DNA of 63,988 nt, the filler included, from Diploschistes diacapsis (Eukaryota): assembly GCA_023645945.1 (NCBI GenBank). It is 4 parts of 4 records of this genome, joined end to end, with 100 filler letters (N's around TTAATTAATTAA, not from the genome) between each part and the next. Parts side by side here need not be neighbours in the genome. Positions count along the whole stretch, not along the records: positions 32,440 to 48,501 come from JALAIB010000523.1; positions 48,602 to 63,988 come from JALAIB010000553.1; 2 more parts are not named here. The stretch is one strand, 5' to 3'. This document shows, piece after piece, positions 38,550 to 51,252 of this stretch. Within the stretch, counting starts at the first letter, position 1; every line of letters begins with the position of its first letter. A program made the translations under genes and the position numbers. Under the pieces are notes generated by a model, which saw only the letters and a list, made by a program, of their open reading frames with translations, ran no database searches and was not told the origin of the DNA.

Positions 38550-40070
38550 TTACCGCGGCATGCTGGCATTGGATGGGTTGCTGGACGTTGTGTCGGCGAC
38601 GGATGGCCTTCGCGATTTGCACTTGCCATGCTCCATGTGTCCATTACGCGCAGTTGTGCGGGTGAACTCGGCTCCGCAGCGAGGACAGTACGCTTTCGAG
38701 GCGGTGCCCGATTTTTCCCTCTGGTGGCGAAGCAGGTTACTGAACGTCGAAAACTCCCTTCCGTTGCAGCCATGATCCCAGCACTGAGGCCTATCGCGCG
38801 GCGGCCGCTCGACAACGACCGGGTCTCGGTGGGGAGAGCTAGAGACGGAAGCCGGTGGCAGGGGCGTCTGTAACATAGGGCTTGATCGTCCACCTGGGTA
38901 GCCTCCGGTTGTTGTCGGCAAGATGGGAGGTCTAGGTCCACATTAGCTAGGCCGTCAAAATTTTGTTCGGGATTAGCCTACGTCAAGGTCGAGGGGTTCA
39001 TCGAGGTCATGGTGTAGGTAGGTTGATATGGTGCCTGAGACTGATAGGATTGCTGGGTCTGGTACGAGGGCAGATGTTGCTGGCTCAAATCGTAACCGTG
39101 GTGACTATGTCAAAGCCGTCAGTCAATTGCCGTAGAGCTTGAACCCGAAGACAGGGCTGACCGTACCCTGATTGGCGAAGATCATCGCGCAAAGGGGTAT
39201 TCGAAGGTCGCGAATACGACCTACCAACGGAATCTGGAACGTACGTCTGTTGTTGAATCGAGGAAGCTGCAGCAAACAAGTCAACTGGACCGGTCGTCAT
39301 CTGACTATCCTCCAAGCCAACTCCCGTGATACTGGGCAAACGGTCCTTCCGCAGCTGCAACTTAGCTCGACGGCGTATCTCAGTAGAGTTTCGCCGCCCG
39401 CCTGGTGGGATCTGCTCCCTCTCCTCCGAAGGGGTCATGTGAACCCCAAGGTTGGGTAGGTATTGGGGGCCTGACGAACCGGAAAGACCTCTCGGACCAT
39501 CTGCATAGTAGCCTGCACGTATTCAGATTCTGCTCTCTCTATCCCAGGCCCGGGTAACAGCGGGGCCGCGGCTTACCAGGCGTAGGAGCCAGCGTTGAAC
39601 CGTACGACTGACCTTGTGAGTAGCTTGGTATAGGGCTTGGCATGTAGCCGTAACTACACGCAACCCATTAGCAACGCGATCGTTAAGTGGGGACTGTTTC
39701 GTAGTTACCCCATATCTCTATGGGACATCATCTCGCTTCCGCTGATTTCTCGCCCGGAATACAGCAGATCTGCTTGCACGAATGGAGAACCGCGGGAAGA
39801 CTCCTCGACGTGCGATGCGGTAGAATGGGGCGAGGGTCGCGTCGACGTATAGGTTGGCTGTAGATAAGACGAATGTTGCCCAAAAGCCTCGAAATTTTGA
39901 CTCTGATATTGCTCTGGAGCAGCGCCCGCGAACGATGACGACCGGAATTGATCGGGGAGCTGTTCTGTCTCCGGGACAGCAGCGGAGCGGTGTAAATCAG
40001 TATTCTCGAATGGAGCGTTGACGGGATTTCTGGAACGGCGTGAGTTAGGCTTCTCGGGAAGGCTTGACAT
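38550..40070 (-). CDS. C2H2-type zinc-finger protein / putative transcription factor
   Basis: Five exons joined in frame (introns 39654-39708, 39513-39576, ~39105-39166, ~38932-38981). C-terminal [43 protein letters not shown]. Confidence 0.85.
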
Positions 40071-43000
40071 CTTTCATCGGGAGTAGGAATCCGGTTGAAA
40101 GCGGCAATTAGTGAGAAAAACAACATACGAGATGAGGCTCAAAGTCAACAGGACTCAATGCGGTAATGCCAATCTATGGATATATATCTACAGATAATCT
40201 GAACGTTGTGTGGTTTGCAGCGCTCGGCGCAAGCAACGGTATAGGCAAGGTAGTATTCAGCCGGCTTTCGTTTCGCAGCACCCCATCTAAGGTTCTCCGC
40301 CACGATAACTTGTATGGGCAGGTAGCGATTTAGATCTCTCACAACAAGGCGCAGGGTAGATTGTGTAAGCCTTAGGGTATTTTGGGGAGAAGTGGACAGA
40401 GAGTGGGTTTGAAGATATGGGTACAAGCCAACCATTTGAGGGCCCGAGTCTGTTGAAGCAAGTCGATCCCAGCACGGGCCGGTAACAACGTCTGGACGGG
40501 AGTTCCGGGATTGTCACCTCACGTTTCCGCAGACAATTTTTTGCTCATAATTGTCCTGAAGCATGTCAGAAGAATAGGTTGTTGTTTGACGAGGCCTTTG
40601 TTGGGGGGGGGAGGGGGGGGAATTGCAAAGATTGAGCTCTTGCTCGGCTCATTATTCGATTCGCAATCCTCGCTAGGGATAGACTAACACTTTGTGCTCA
40701 CTAGCGTACGCAGCTATGGCCAAGGTGACTTTTTGCAGTCGGGTGAGGCTTAGCTCTTGGAAGGATTCCGTAGGATTTGAACCCTGCCTCCTACCCTTGA
40801 GATGAAACAGCATATCCGTACCAGAAGATGGGCGTATTATTCAACACTGTGCCCTGACGTTTGTCACAGAGCCACATGGCCGGCGTGAGTCCATGTGAGG
40901 TATCATATGCGTACCAGGCCGAGCAACAGTGTGCTGTGCAGTGTGCAGGACAGACAGGAAAGAAGGTGTGCTTCGAAACATGGCGCGCACGTTGCGTGGG
41001 TTACGCAGACGCTAGCTGCAACAGCGTGCATTTGTCCTCTATTACGAAGCACTCTGCGCTTCGAGACATTGTAATGTAACTCTTCTAAGAGGAAACTGGG
41101 GACGTAGGGGATGGCTGAAAGTTCTCAATCTTGTACGAGTATCCTTGTTGGGCTTTGGCCGGACTCGACCAGCAGCTCATCTCCGAGTCAAGCTGAATAA
41201 ACCTCCTGCAACAGTGATCTTGAAAAGCATTGAAGACAGCAGAGCGAGCCGTTCTTGCACAAAAACGCTATACAATTGTGAGGTGATCCATGTTCAACTG
41301 GCGACACTGGTTGGTGCAATCACTTACGAGGGTACGGCACGGCGCCATGGGCCGTTTTTCAACCAGTAATCAATAATGATGGACTGTTTCGCGCGCGCGG
41401 CGAACACCACTGCTTCTGGGCCGTGTTGCGATGCGATAAAGTGGTGGACCAATAGTGGTGATAGTCCAAGCTAACTTGGCGAATCTTCCATCCCGCCGCT
41501 GTACATCCAAGACCTCTCGTCAATGCAGTGCAACGTTCAACGACCACCAAAAATACAATGTGAACCGTGAGCCAGACTGTAGCTGATTTCTTGCTCACCT
41601 GTCTAGAATAGAGTAAAACGTTTTGGGCTTCAGTTCTTTTCTTCCTACAGTGTCAGCTTCCAGACAGCAATGTAGGAAATCAAGAGCAAGAGCTCTGCGG
41701 ATCCCGAAGGAAATCGGGAGAATGGATGGTCCAACATACTCCCCAGAGGAATCGTAGTTTAATAGACTTGGATGTTACCGTCAGTCAGGCGGCTCTGCTC
41801 CAACTCTGAAACTTTCATACAGTAGTGCTCCATGAATCAAACCGCGTGAGTACAAGGTGACAGTAGTAGAGTGTGGCAAGAAAGTATGCTATGACGGGGA
41901 GTAATATGTACTTTTGCTATGTAGTAATACACGTGTCGAATCCGTGTGTTTCCTAGAGCATTGGCTGCCCGACGGCTGGAGTCGGTCATGATCTGTGCGT
42001 TCGAGTCGATGGATCCATTGGGCACGAGCCACAGGCCCACAACTGCACTTTATCACCTCTGCCTTTTATTGCTCCTCCGTAAGCGGTGCAGTACACGCAA
42101 GCTATGATCTCGAAAGCCGTGAGCGCAAGCCTCAGTGATGATGATGATGTTTGTGACGGAATGCTACATATGGTATCAATCCAAAGATCTGGTGGAAGTC
42201 TTCCCTAATCGACGAGCACTGGCTAGGTTCGGGATCAGCACGATGGAGAGGTCGCAGCGTTGAGCTAGCTGCTAATTTTCGGTAGCTGATTGCTCATGGC
42301 ATACGGATCAATCTTCGCAATCGTCCTGGTCAGAGCAGTTCGGCCATCCTATTGAAGATGGTGTAGAGAACGGTACACACTATGGCCAACGCGAATACGA
42401 CATTGCTAAGCAAGATAGTTAGCTTTCGTACCGGAAAGTGCTGAAAGTAGAAGTACTTTTTTGACTGACGCTCATTACGATATACCTTGGGTCCTTCCAG
42501 AACTGTCTCTATGAGCTTCAATCAATTGCATTGGACGCTAATGTTAATGGAGGCTGCGGTCCTGCATGCCGGCCGCTGCTGCTGTGCGCCGTTTCATCTT
42601 CAATTTGTGTTGCATTTGGGGGGGGGACTCGGGAGGTGCTTCTCGGATGCGGGTACACTTGTGCCGAACTCGAGATGCTACCTTAGTGATGGTAGTTCAT
42701 TTCTTTCCCTGCCCGTAAATAAGATGAGTTCAGCATAGCAGGTTGAGCTAGCGTGGGCTGGAGCACCTCATAGATGGAATTAAAGACGCTGCAACGACGA
42801 GGTACTGTTGAGGTGCAACATTGCAAAACTTTTCACTTTTGTTGTGCCGAGACCAGGTTTTCGGCTTCTCGGTCAAAATCTCCACCGAGCCGAGTGGTTT
42901 CTAGGCTTGCCGAGTCGGGATGCATCTTTGGATACCCGACTGCAGTTGGTATATGCAAAGCCACGAGTGAGTGGCGAGTGACAGTGGTGATAAATTGTGA

Positions 43001-43920
43001 CCGTCATAGAATTCATCGAGTTCTTCTCTTGCTGGACAAGCCAGTAACGTTATGCACAACATCAGAAGTATTCCTCTGCTGCCTTTTCCCTTTCTTATTA
43101 GTTTAGTTTTAGTTTCGTAGGGCTAAACCTCGGATAACGTGACCAAAAGCTAAGGGTATGACTAACCATCAGCTTCAAGTAAATGAAAAACTCGGTGAAC
43201 TTTACGGGGGCAGCACCCGCCAAAGCCCTGCTTTTTTTTCTTTTCTTTTTTTCCATCGAGGATTGCACTCTATATCTTATTTACTGCTGTTTCCCGAATC
43301 TAAACCTTCGCTCAGGAATTGATTTCTTTCGGCCCACGCTCGGCCCACGCTGCTGAGGCTGACAACTCAAAACTATTCTTGATCTTGATGAAGCAGTACT
43401 ATAGTATGATACTATTATCCTGAAATGTGTTTACTACCTTACTTGATTTGGCAGAGCAGAAAAAGACTGTCAGTTGCTTCTGTGCTTCTTGTCGACCATC
43501 CAATATGCCTTATATCATGGGGCGCGAGCTTGGGGAACTTTTCTCGATACAAGGCTGTGAGAACACCAACCGCTCTTAGTAATAAAACTGCACTACAAAA
43601 TGTTGGCTCACATAGTCGAACAGGAGTAATAAGATTCGCTTACAACAGCCCGTCAGCTTATGGGTGGGCGGCGCAATGTCGGCCATTCTTCTTGAATGAT
43701 TGGATTGCGCCCATGTACGAAGATAATAATGCCTTTCTCAGCAACAGCAAACTAGAGACTTGCTGTACATATAGCATGGCATCTACTGTTAAGGGTCGCA
43801 GCTCCGACGGCCAACGGATCTGAATGTTTCCAAGCTTCAGCACCTGCAGTGGTTTGCTGTGTATACAGTCTACCAGGCACCGACTGGGAACTAGTTATTG
43901 TCTTGCACAGCGCCGCCGAC

Positions 43921-46282
43921 TCACGTTCTCACTGTGACTTCCGGGTGGCCGGACATGATATCGCTCTCGATTGCCGCTCGACGAGCCTTCTCCTCTTCGC
44001 CGCTCACATCTTTGAAAACCATGTCCATTTGCTCCAGAGTGCGCCCGCTTGTCTCTGGGATGAAGAAGTAGGTCCAGATGAAGGAAAGCAGACAAAACAC
44101 AGCGAAGAAGGTATAGGCACCCCAATTTGTGTTCTGAACCAGGGGCGGTGTGATTAAGCCCTGCAATAATGTCAGAGTTATACAACCTGTTTCCCCCACC
44201 CCCCCCAACGAAGGAAGAGAAGTACTAACGATAATGAAATTCATGAGCCAGTTCGTCGACGTGCTAAGCGCAACGCCTTTGCCACGTAAGCTGGATGGGA
44301 AGACCTCGCTAGGCATCGCCCACGGTCTGCAATCGCAATTAGCATGTTGCCCGGTCTCCAGTGTATGCAATTTGGAGATACTCACACAGGACCCCACGTG
44401 GCTCCAAAGCTGACCATGTAAAACAACAGGAATGCGACACTGACCCATCCTTGTGCTCTATGACCAGGCCAGTCGCCAGAGTACTCGCCAACAAGAATAG
44501 CGATAATGAAATGAGCAATGGTCATCAAAACGCTTCCAGCGAGAAGGAGGGGCCTTCTGCCAAATCTATCCATAGTCCACAGGCTGGTGAAGACCCCAAC
44601 CAGCTGGGTAACGTTTAGGATTCCCGACATAATGAGCTGCATATCCGTGTCGAGGCCCATATACTGGAACAGAGTAGGGGAATAGTAAATCTTGACTAGA
44701 TGTCAGTGCGATACATGCCCACATTTGCAGCCAGACACCTACAAGAGCGTTGATCCCAACCATCTGCTGGAAAAACATGAGTCCCATTCCTACGTGCGTC
44801 CTTCTCCAGCAGCCCTGCTTGAAGCAATCTGCGAACAAAGAGAACTCGAGTCGAAGGTTGGCCCAGACCGAGCCATTTTGCAACTCAGGATGCCTCTTGA
44901 CCTTGAGCTCTCTATGCAACTGAACCTCGGCTCTGATCTCGAGCCACTCCTGCCTCACTCGCTGGTCTTCCGACGGAAGCTGCCGCAGCTTAGCCAGGTT
45001 CATTAGTGCTTCGTCATCGCGTCCCCATGATACTAGCCAGCGTGGAGAGAATGGAAGCAAGAGAATGCCGGCTCCTAGAACGAAGCCAGGCACCATCTGC
45101 AACAGGAAGGGAAGCCTCCAGGCCCATTCGCCCACCATGTATCGTGTTCCATAAGTCAGCCAAAAGGCAATCACAATTCCCGTAACGATGCTGAGCTCCT
45201 CAAGGACCAGCAAGGTCCCCCGAATCTCTGGCGGGCTAATCTCACTGATGTAGAGTGGTGCTACCATACTCATCATGCCGATGCCAAGGCCTCCGATGAA
45301 GCGCGCCACCACCAGCATCGGATAGTTGACGGCTGCGGTCTGGAGAACGGAGCCAACGGTGAATATGCAGACGGCAATGACGATGCTGTACTTGCGAGAA
45401 AAACGGTCCGCAATCCAGCCTTGGTTGAGAGCGCCTATGAAAGCGCCGAGTTCGATCATGGCGGTGAGGAGACCTTTGAAAAATCCGGACCCGGCAGCGG
45501 TTTCGGAGACTTGGGGGAATCGGCTCAGGAATTGCGGTGAGACTAAAATGATGGAAACCACGCCCTGGCTTCACCAAAAGATGAGTCGGAAAGATCCATG
45601 CGAGATTGCAAAAGAGATGGAGTAGACAGCGATACTAGGGCAAACAAAAAGCTGTGGAGACGTACTCGTAGCCAAAGATGAGGCCTCCGAGGGCAGAGAA
45701 TGCCGCGCAAAGGGCGACATAATGGTTCGCGAAGAGACCTTTGAAACCTAGGTGAGTGTGCGACGTTAGCAAAACTTCCCCTTTCTCAAACTTAGTACCC
45801 CATTTTTCTTGCGTAGCTATACGGCTTCCTCGTACTTGAACATTCTTTATTTGCGGGTTGGGCATCACAATTGTTAACATCTCGTATTTACTCGATCAAC
45901 AATGAGCATACACGGATTTGCATATATATTTCCCATTTCCGGCATCTATCGCAATAGATACATATCAAATACACCTACCTCTGGGCACATAGGCCCCAGC
46001 TGATTCCCTCCCTTCCTCGTTCCAGACGGCTTCGGAGTGGTGGGCAAAGTCGGCCGCACCAGGCTTTTTAACATGCTTGTCATCGGGCATAGCAATGAGA
46101 AGAGGTCGGCGTTGCTCTGAAGGGTGCGGGATGTCTCCGTAGTCGTCTTCGTCGTTGTTATCGTCGTATTCGTGTTCTCCTTCGCTTTGACGTACGACTT
46201 GGATGTTATATTCATTCGAAACTGGGCTTCTAGGCCTTGGAGAGATGGGGGCTTCGGGATCTTTTAATGCATTGCGGGACAT
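43921..46282 (-). CDS. MFS sugar porter (hexose/polyol transporter-like)
   Basis: Five introns (first 45748-45978). Motifs GGLIFGYDQG, ADRFSRK, PLYISEISPPEIRG, PFSPRWL, QQMVGINALIYY, DRFGRR, PETSGRTLE. Start at 46282 or 46090 is uncertain. Confidence 0.92.
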
Positions 46283-47584
46283 ATGCTGCAGATGGAGAAG
46301 ACGGGCCAAGTACAGAAATGTAAATGGGAGAAAGGAGGTCTCTTTTTATGGCTGAGCAGCGGGTGTGTGCGCAGCTTTTGCTCTGGAGAAGTGAGTAGTG
46401 AGTAGAATAGTCTAGTCTAGATTTACGAAGTTATGCGCACTCAGAATGCGGGAGAACTTTGGCTGGGCATTTGGTGGGCCGTTACGTTTATGGCAGCACC
46501 CCACCCACACTGACTTAACCGGCTTTTAACGGTGATCCAGCCCCAGAAGCCACTGACGAAATCTTTTGTTCACGTTTTAAACGTCAAGCCATTAGCCGGC
46601 CCAGTACAAGCGCGGTAGCTGTCGGTTGAGCCATGGGCTGTAGCAACAATGGCGATAAAGTGAGGACGCCTTAGAAAACAGGGTAATATATTATCGGCCC
46701 TAACGAAAGGAGAGGTCAGGGTGCGCCGTATCCCCCTCCTATACAAAATTTATACGCGAGTCCTTCAGCGGTAAGTGACCTTTGACTTTACATAATAATT
46801 TATATACAAATCTTCCTCATAATCAAGGTCTTCGTGGAGTATTTCGAAGCTCACCCGATCATCTTGAGACATTGTGTGCTGCTTGTTCCCCTTCCAGCCT
46901 CTGTTTTTGCATCTTCCTTGTCTTTCTTCTTCCGATCAGCTGCTGACATCTCCGCAGATCTCCTCGCCGCTGCCCTCGCCGCCGACGGGGATGGCCTTGT
47001 ACATAGGGAGCAGGACGTCGAAACGCGTCTCGAACGTTACCCTGACCTCTGATGCTAGCCAGGTCTCGAGGAAGTCGTTGGGAAGGGGGGGGGTCGGATA
47101 GTCGGCGTCGATGCTAGGCCGAGGGAGGCGCCGGCGAAGAGGGCAGAGAGCATAAGGTCCTCGGAGGGGGTAGAGGAGCTTTCGTAGGTGGAGGAGGCAT
47201 GCTTGCCTACTTTAGAGAACCATAGTTTTGAAGGGGTTTCGTTTGTTTATTTCTTTTTACAGTCTCTGGATAGGTGTGTGTTGAGCCAGTTGATTAGGAA
47301 TTTCAGCGGAATCGAGGCCGTAATGCTTTAAAGCAATTTTATAATCACATACGCATGTGATTTCTTCGAGCGGTATTTTAAAGTCCCTGCATTTGACTGT
47401 GTAATTAATATGGGAAACTAAAGTACGCTAAGACTCTTTCTTGGCTAAGGGCTTTACATGTGTGCGTGAGGCCCATCTTGGGAGACATCGGGTAGATTTC
47501 AACGTTATATTAATGATATATTTAGACATTCCCAATACATACGGCCATAGGCTTCAGAGAACGAGGAATCCCGTCCGCTCTTTC

Positions 47585-47656
47585 ATTCCTAAGCGAAGCG
47601 CAGGACTATATTTGTTAAAATTTTAAAATTTTAGTAATTTTTACTTCGCTTAGGAA
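47585..47656. mobile_element. Tiny inverted-repeat element / MITE-like relic
   Basis: TTCCTAAGCGAAG (47586-47598) and its reverse complement CTTCGCTTAGGAA (47644-47656) enclose a 45-bp spacer whose last ~33 bp are almost pure A/T. The left arm is identical to 316-341. No clear TSD. Confidence 0.5.
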
Positions 47657-48280
47657 CTTGGAGGGCGACATCATATGTCTCGCGACACATGATATTATCT
47701 AACCTGACGACCAGCGAAGTAGTACTGGAGTGGGTGACCATCTGGGAATTCTCGCTGCTGTATGTTTTTGTATTTTTGATTCTTCTTTCTGAAACAGGCC
47801 ATAAGATATAGATAGGATAAGGAAGAATTCTTCGGCGTGCTTACAGACTAAGTAAACTGTGGGTACTGCTGATTGGCTACAACAAGTGCCCCTCCAAATT
47901 TGAAGACGACGTTGTAGATCACGGGACCTCACCGAACCTGCCCTTCGAGGACCCATCAAGAAGCCCCAACACGAGCGTCGACGAAAGAAGTCCCGGGGAA
48001 AAGCAATACTACCCATTTCCCTCGACACTCAATATTCTCTGCCCCGCTCCGCGAGAGTGTGACGTCCACAAGCACCTCCCTTTCTGGCCGAGGGACGCTC
48101 CCATCCCAGTACCCGTCCCCCCATATCGGGGCCCTTGCACTCTCACCCACCTCAACCCTACTCTCGGGGGCCCTGTACGACCTCCAACCTCTCGAGTCCC
48201 ACGACCGGCTTCTCAACGGCCCCACCACACCACCCGCACCATCCACAACAACAACAACAATAACAACCACGCCAACGGCA

Positions 48281-48501
48281 ATGTCCACCTTTCTCACCTC
48301 CCTCTTCACCTCCATCTTCACCCCGGGCCCAACGCCCACCCTCGTCGTCGCCACAAACGCCTCCTTCGCCGCCCTGCAGCTTGTGCTGCTCGGCCTCGTG
48401 GCCGCGACGCGCAGCGTGCATTTCGTGGTGCTTTCCTTCCTGTGCGCCGGCCTGTGGTGGGGGATTAATTGGTTCGTGGCGGAGTTGGAGGCTGTCAGGG
48501 C
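48281..48501 (+). CDS. PKR1: V-ATPase assembly factor Pkr1, 3' end truncated
   Basis: MSTFLTSLFTSIFTPGPTPTLVVATNASFAALQ...SVHFVVLSFLCAGLWWGINWFVAEL matches the Pkr1 family signature (two TM helices). Confidence 0.92.
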
Positions 48502-48601
48502 NNNNNNNNNNNNNNNNNNNNNNNNNNNNNNNNNNNNNNNNNNNNTTAATTAATTAANNNNNNNNNNNNNNNNNNNNNNNNNNNNNNNNNNNNNNNNNNN
48601 N
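48502..48601. other. Artificial contig linker
   Basis: N44-TTAATTAATTAA-N44. Confidence 0.99.
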
Positions 48602-51252
48602 CCCCTTCCCCTCCCAACACCATCTCCTGCCCCTCATACCCACCCTTCGCCTTCTTCGCCTGGTTCGGCCTCGGCGACGTATACCCTCCTCCGTCCGGCG
48701 CTCCCCTCTTCCCGTTGCCGTACGTCCCAATCCCCATCCCACCGTTCCCGTTCCCGTTCCCGTACCCATGCACCCCCTGGCCCCGCTGAACCTGCTGAAC
48801 CTGCTGCACCGCCCTGAGCTTAGCATAGTACGCGCTGCTCGCGTCCGGCTCGGGCTCCTCGGGCTCGCTCGCGTCGTCGTACGTCTCCCAGTTCTCGGAG
48901 CCGGAGACGGCCTGGGAGGTCGAGGAGGCGGTTGATGTGATGCGCGACTGGTCCGACACCGAAACAGAAGCGGAGACAGAAGCAGAACTGGAGGTGGGGT
49001 GCGAGTGCGGGACGTATTGGTGCGGGCGATAGCGCGCGTCGTACATGGGCAGGGCGGCGACGGGCGCATGGGGATTGTGGTAGGACGCGAGCTGCGGGGG
49101 TGCGCCGGCGCGGAGGGTGGTGCTGTTATTGTTACCGTTGCTGTTGCTGTTGTTGTTATTGTTGTTGGTGGAGGAAGGGTAGGAGGGCGGCGCGTAGGAC
49201 ATGTGCTCGCGGTCGTCGTAGACGTCCTCGGGGCTGATCTGGCGGATCGGGCCGGAGTGGTTGGATGCCACGGATGCGGAGCGCCAGTTTTCGGGCTCGG
49301 GCGCCTCGCGTGGGGTTTCCTGCGGTGGGGCGAAGAGGTCGCGCATCCGCGGGGGTGGGGCGCGGGGCGGCCCCATCTTGCGGATGGTGCTGACGTCGTA
49401 GGCGGAGGCGTGGCTGCTGCTGGCTGCAGGTTTGCGCTCGGGAGAGTTGTTTCCCGTCTTCATCGTGCCGAGCGGGACGCGGGCTGGGATCTTGGAGGGA
49501 GAAACGGGTTTCGAGACAGTGGAGTTCACGGAGGAGGCCATTGGGTTGCGGCGGATGGTGGAGACTGGGGTTTTTGTTGCGGCTCGTGGGGGTGCTCTCA
49601 TGACACTGCCTTGACGTGAAGGTGGTGCGGTTGTTGTTGTTGTTGTTGATTTCAATGTTTTTTGCGCACTCATTGGTACCGACGGCGTCTTTGAGCGTGG
49701 TGGGGGCGGGGCCTTAGCGGCGGCAGCTTCGAGCTCCTCCAGGTATGGCTCGCCATGGACCAAGAAGGGTCGACCGTACTCATCCTCCCATTGTTCAAGC
49801 ACTTTGCGTAGTTCAGCTTCAACCTTCGGTAGGTCCTTGGCGATCCTCTTTCGCATTTTCTCCTCGCGTAGAAGCTTTCCCGGATCTCGTTTCTCTCCTT
49901 TCTGAGGCTTGAGCATCAAGCGCGATGCGTCTTGGCTGGATGCTGCTAGGTCGTCCCTTTCTTGGGTGAGTGTACGGTGCTTTTCGACCATCTGCAGGGT
50001 AGGCAATCGTTGTTCTTTCAGAGCCACAAGGCGAGCGATTTCATTCTCATGTGCGGATAGCAGAGCATCACTGTAGACATCGGAGAAGGCCGGCGTGAAT
50101 TCAAGCATCTCCTCTTCGGAGAAATACAAGATATCCCAGAGCTCTTGCAGCTTATACCTCGCATCCTCAACGAAAAGATGCAAGTTCTGGCGTTTGAGTT
50201 CGTTCAGCCGGTCAAGCTCCGCTTCAAATTCGTTGATGACCCTAAGACCAAATCCGCGTGTACCAGCAAGGAACCTCTTACGGTCCATATCTTCGACGCC
50301 CAAACGATCCCAAAGTCCTTCAACGGTAGTCTTGAGCTCCTTCAGTCTTCGCTCTCTCTGTGTCTTTTCATCTAGCAGCTTGTCTCGGCGGCTAGATAAC
50401 CTCGAAATGTCAGACTCGTGGAGACCGAGCTGCTCAGGCGCAGATTTGTAATGCTTCACGATCGAGTCGTCAGTCTGTGCCTGTGGGATGCCTAATTCTG
50501 CCCATAAGTTGACGATTTCCCCTGAAATGACTTTAACAGATTCGACGCGACGGGAGTATTCCTCGTAGACCCTGGTGAATTCGTTGTCTAGCGAAGCGAT
50601 GTAGGATGGTGAAAGATCAAAGTTTGGAGGGATCTGAGCATTCTGGGCCGTTGGTGGTAGTTTGATCTTGATGAATGATAGCTCCAAATGGGATGAGTAT
50701 GACTCGAGTGCAATGACCAGTTCTATCCCTGTCAGCTGATGTTACCTGGTCTATGCAGGGCATATCCTTACTTTTGACCTGCTCGAATCTATCACGATGA
50801 ACCTTAGCAACAGAATTGTGCTTCTCTTTGAGACCCTTCAAACAGCGGGTCAAGGGCGCCGAGACTTTTAGATGCTCATCACCCAGGGCAAAATCGCCGT
50901 ATGCTTTGTTATCTTCGAGGGACGCTTCCATTTGCCGGATACTCTTAATGATGCGGTACGCTTCTTCAGTCATTTGATTCTTCTCACTATTTCTAATCAG
51001 ACATGTTCCAGTAGCCGATCGACTATACCCTTCACGTACGCTGTAACAAGACGTAATTGATTGTTGAGTGCTTCCGACAGAGCTGTAAAGAGCTAGCTAC
51101 CGTTAGCTTGCGACGCTTTGCGCCGTTGCTTAATTGCTTACCTCTGTCTCTCGAGATTCTCTCTCATGGTTGGTGACACCGATCTCGTCGAACAAGCCAT
51201 GAAGCTGCGCGATAGCATTGTTGACCTGAGTTGAAAGGAAACCTGTGTCCAT
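48602..51252 (-). CDS. ASE1: Ase1/PRC1/MAP65 spindle midzone microtubule bundler, 3' end truncated
   Basis: Starts MDTGFLSTQVNNAIAQLHGLFDEIGV. Three introns join in frame. Motifs ELWDILYFSEEEM, DASRL..RDPGKLLREEKMRKR, WEDEYGRPFLVHG. Confidence 0.95.

Noticed and set aside
40761..40830. GGTTCAAATCC B-box/T-loop-like motif on the - strand
   Set aside because: The T-stem pairs poorly and no acceptor stem, D-arm or anticodon arm could be built, so it is not called as a tRNA.
48059..48280. Apparent N-terminal extension of PKR1 with poly-Thr
   Set aside because: Begins at a GTG in C-rich, stop-poor DNA with an (ACA)n microsatellite. The family signature starts at the ATG at 48281.
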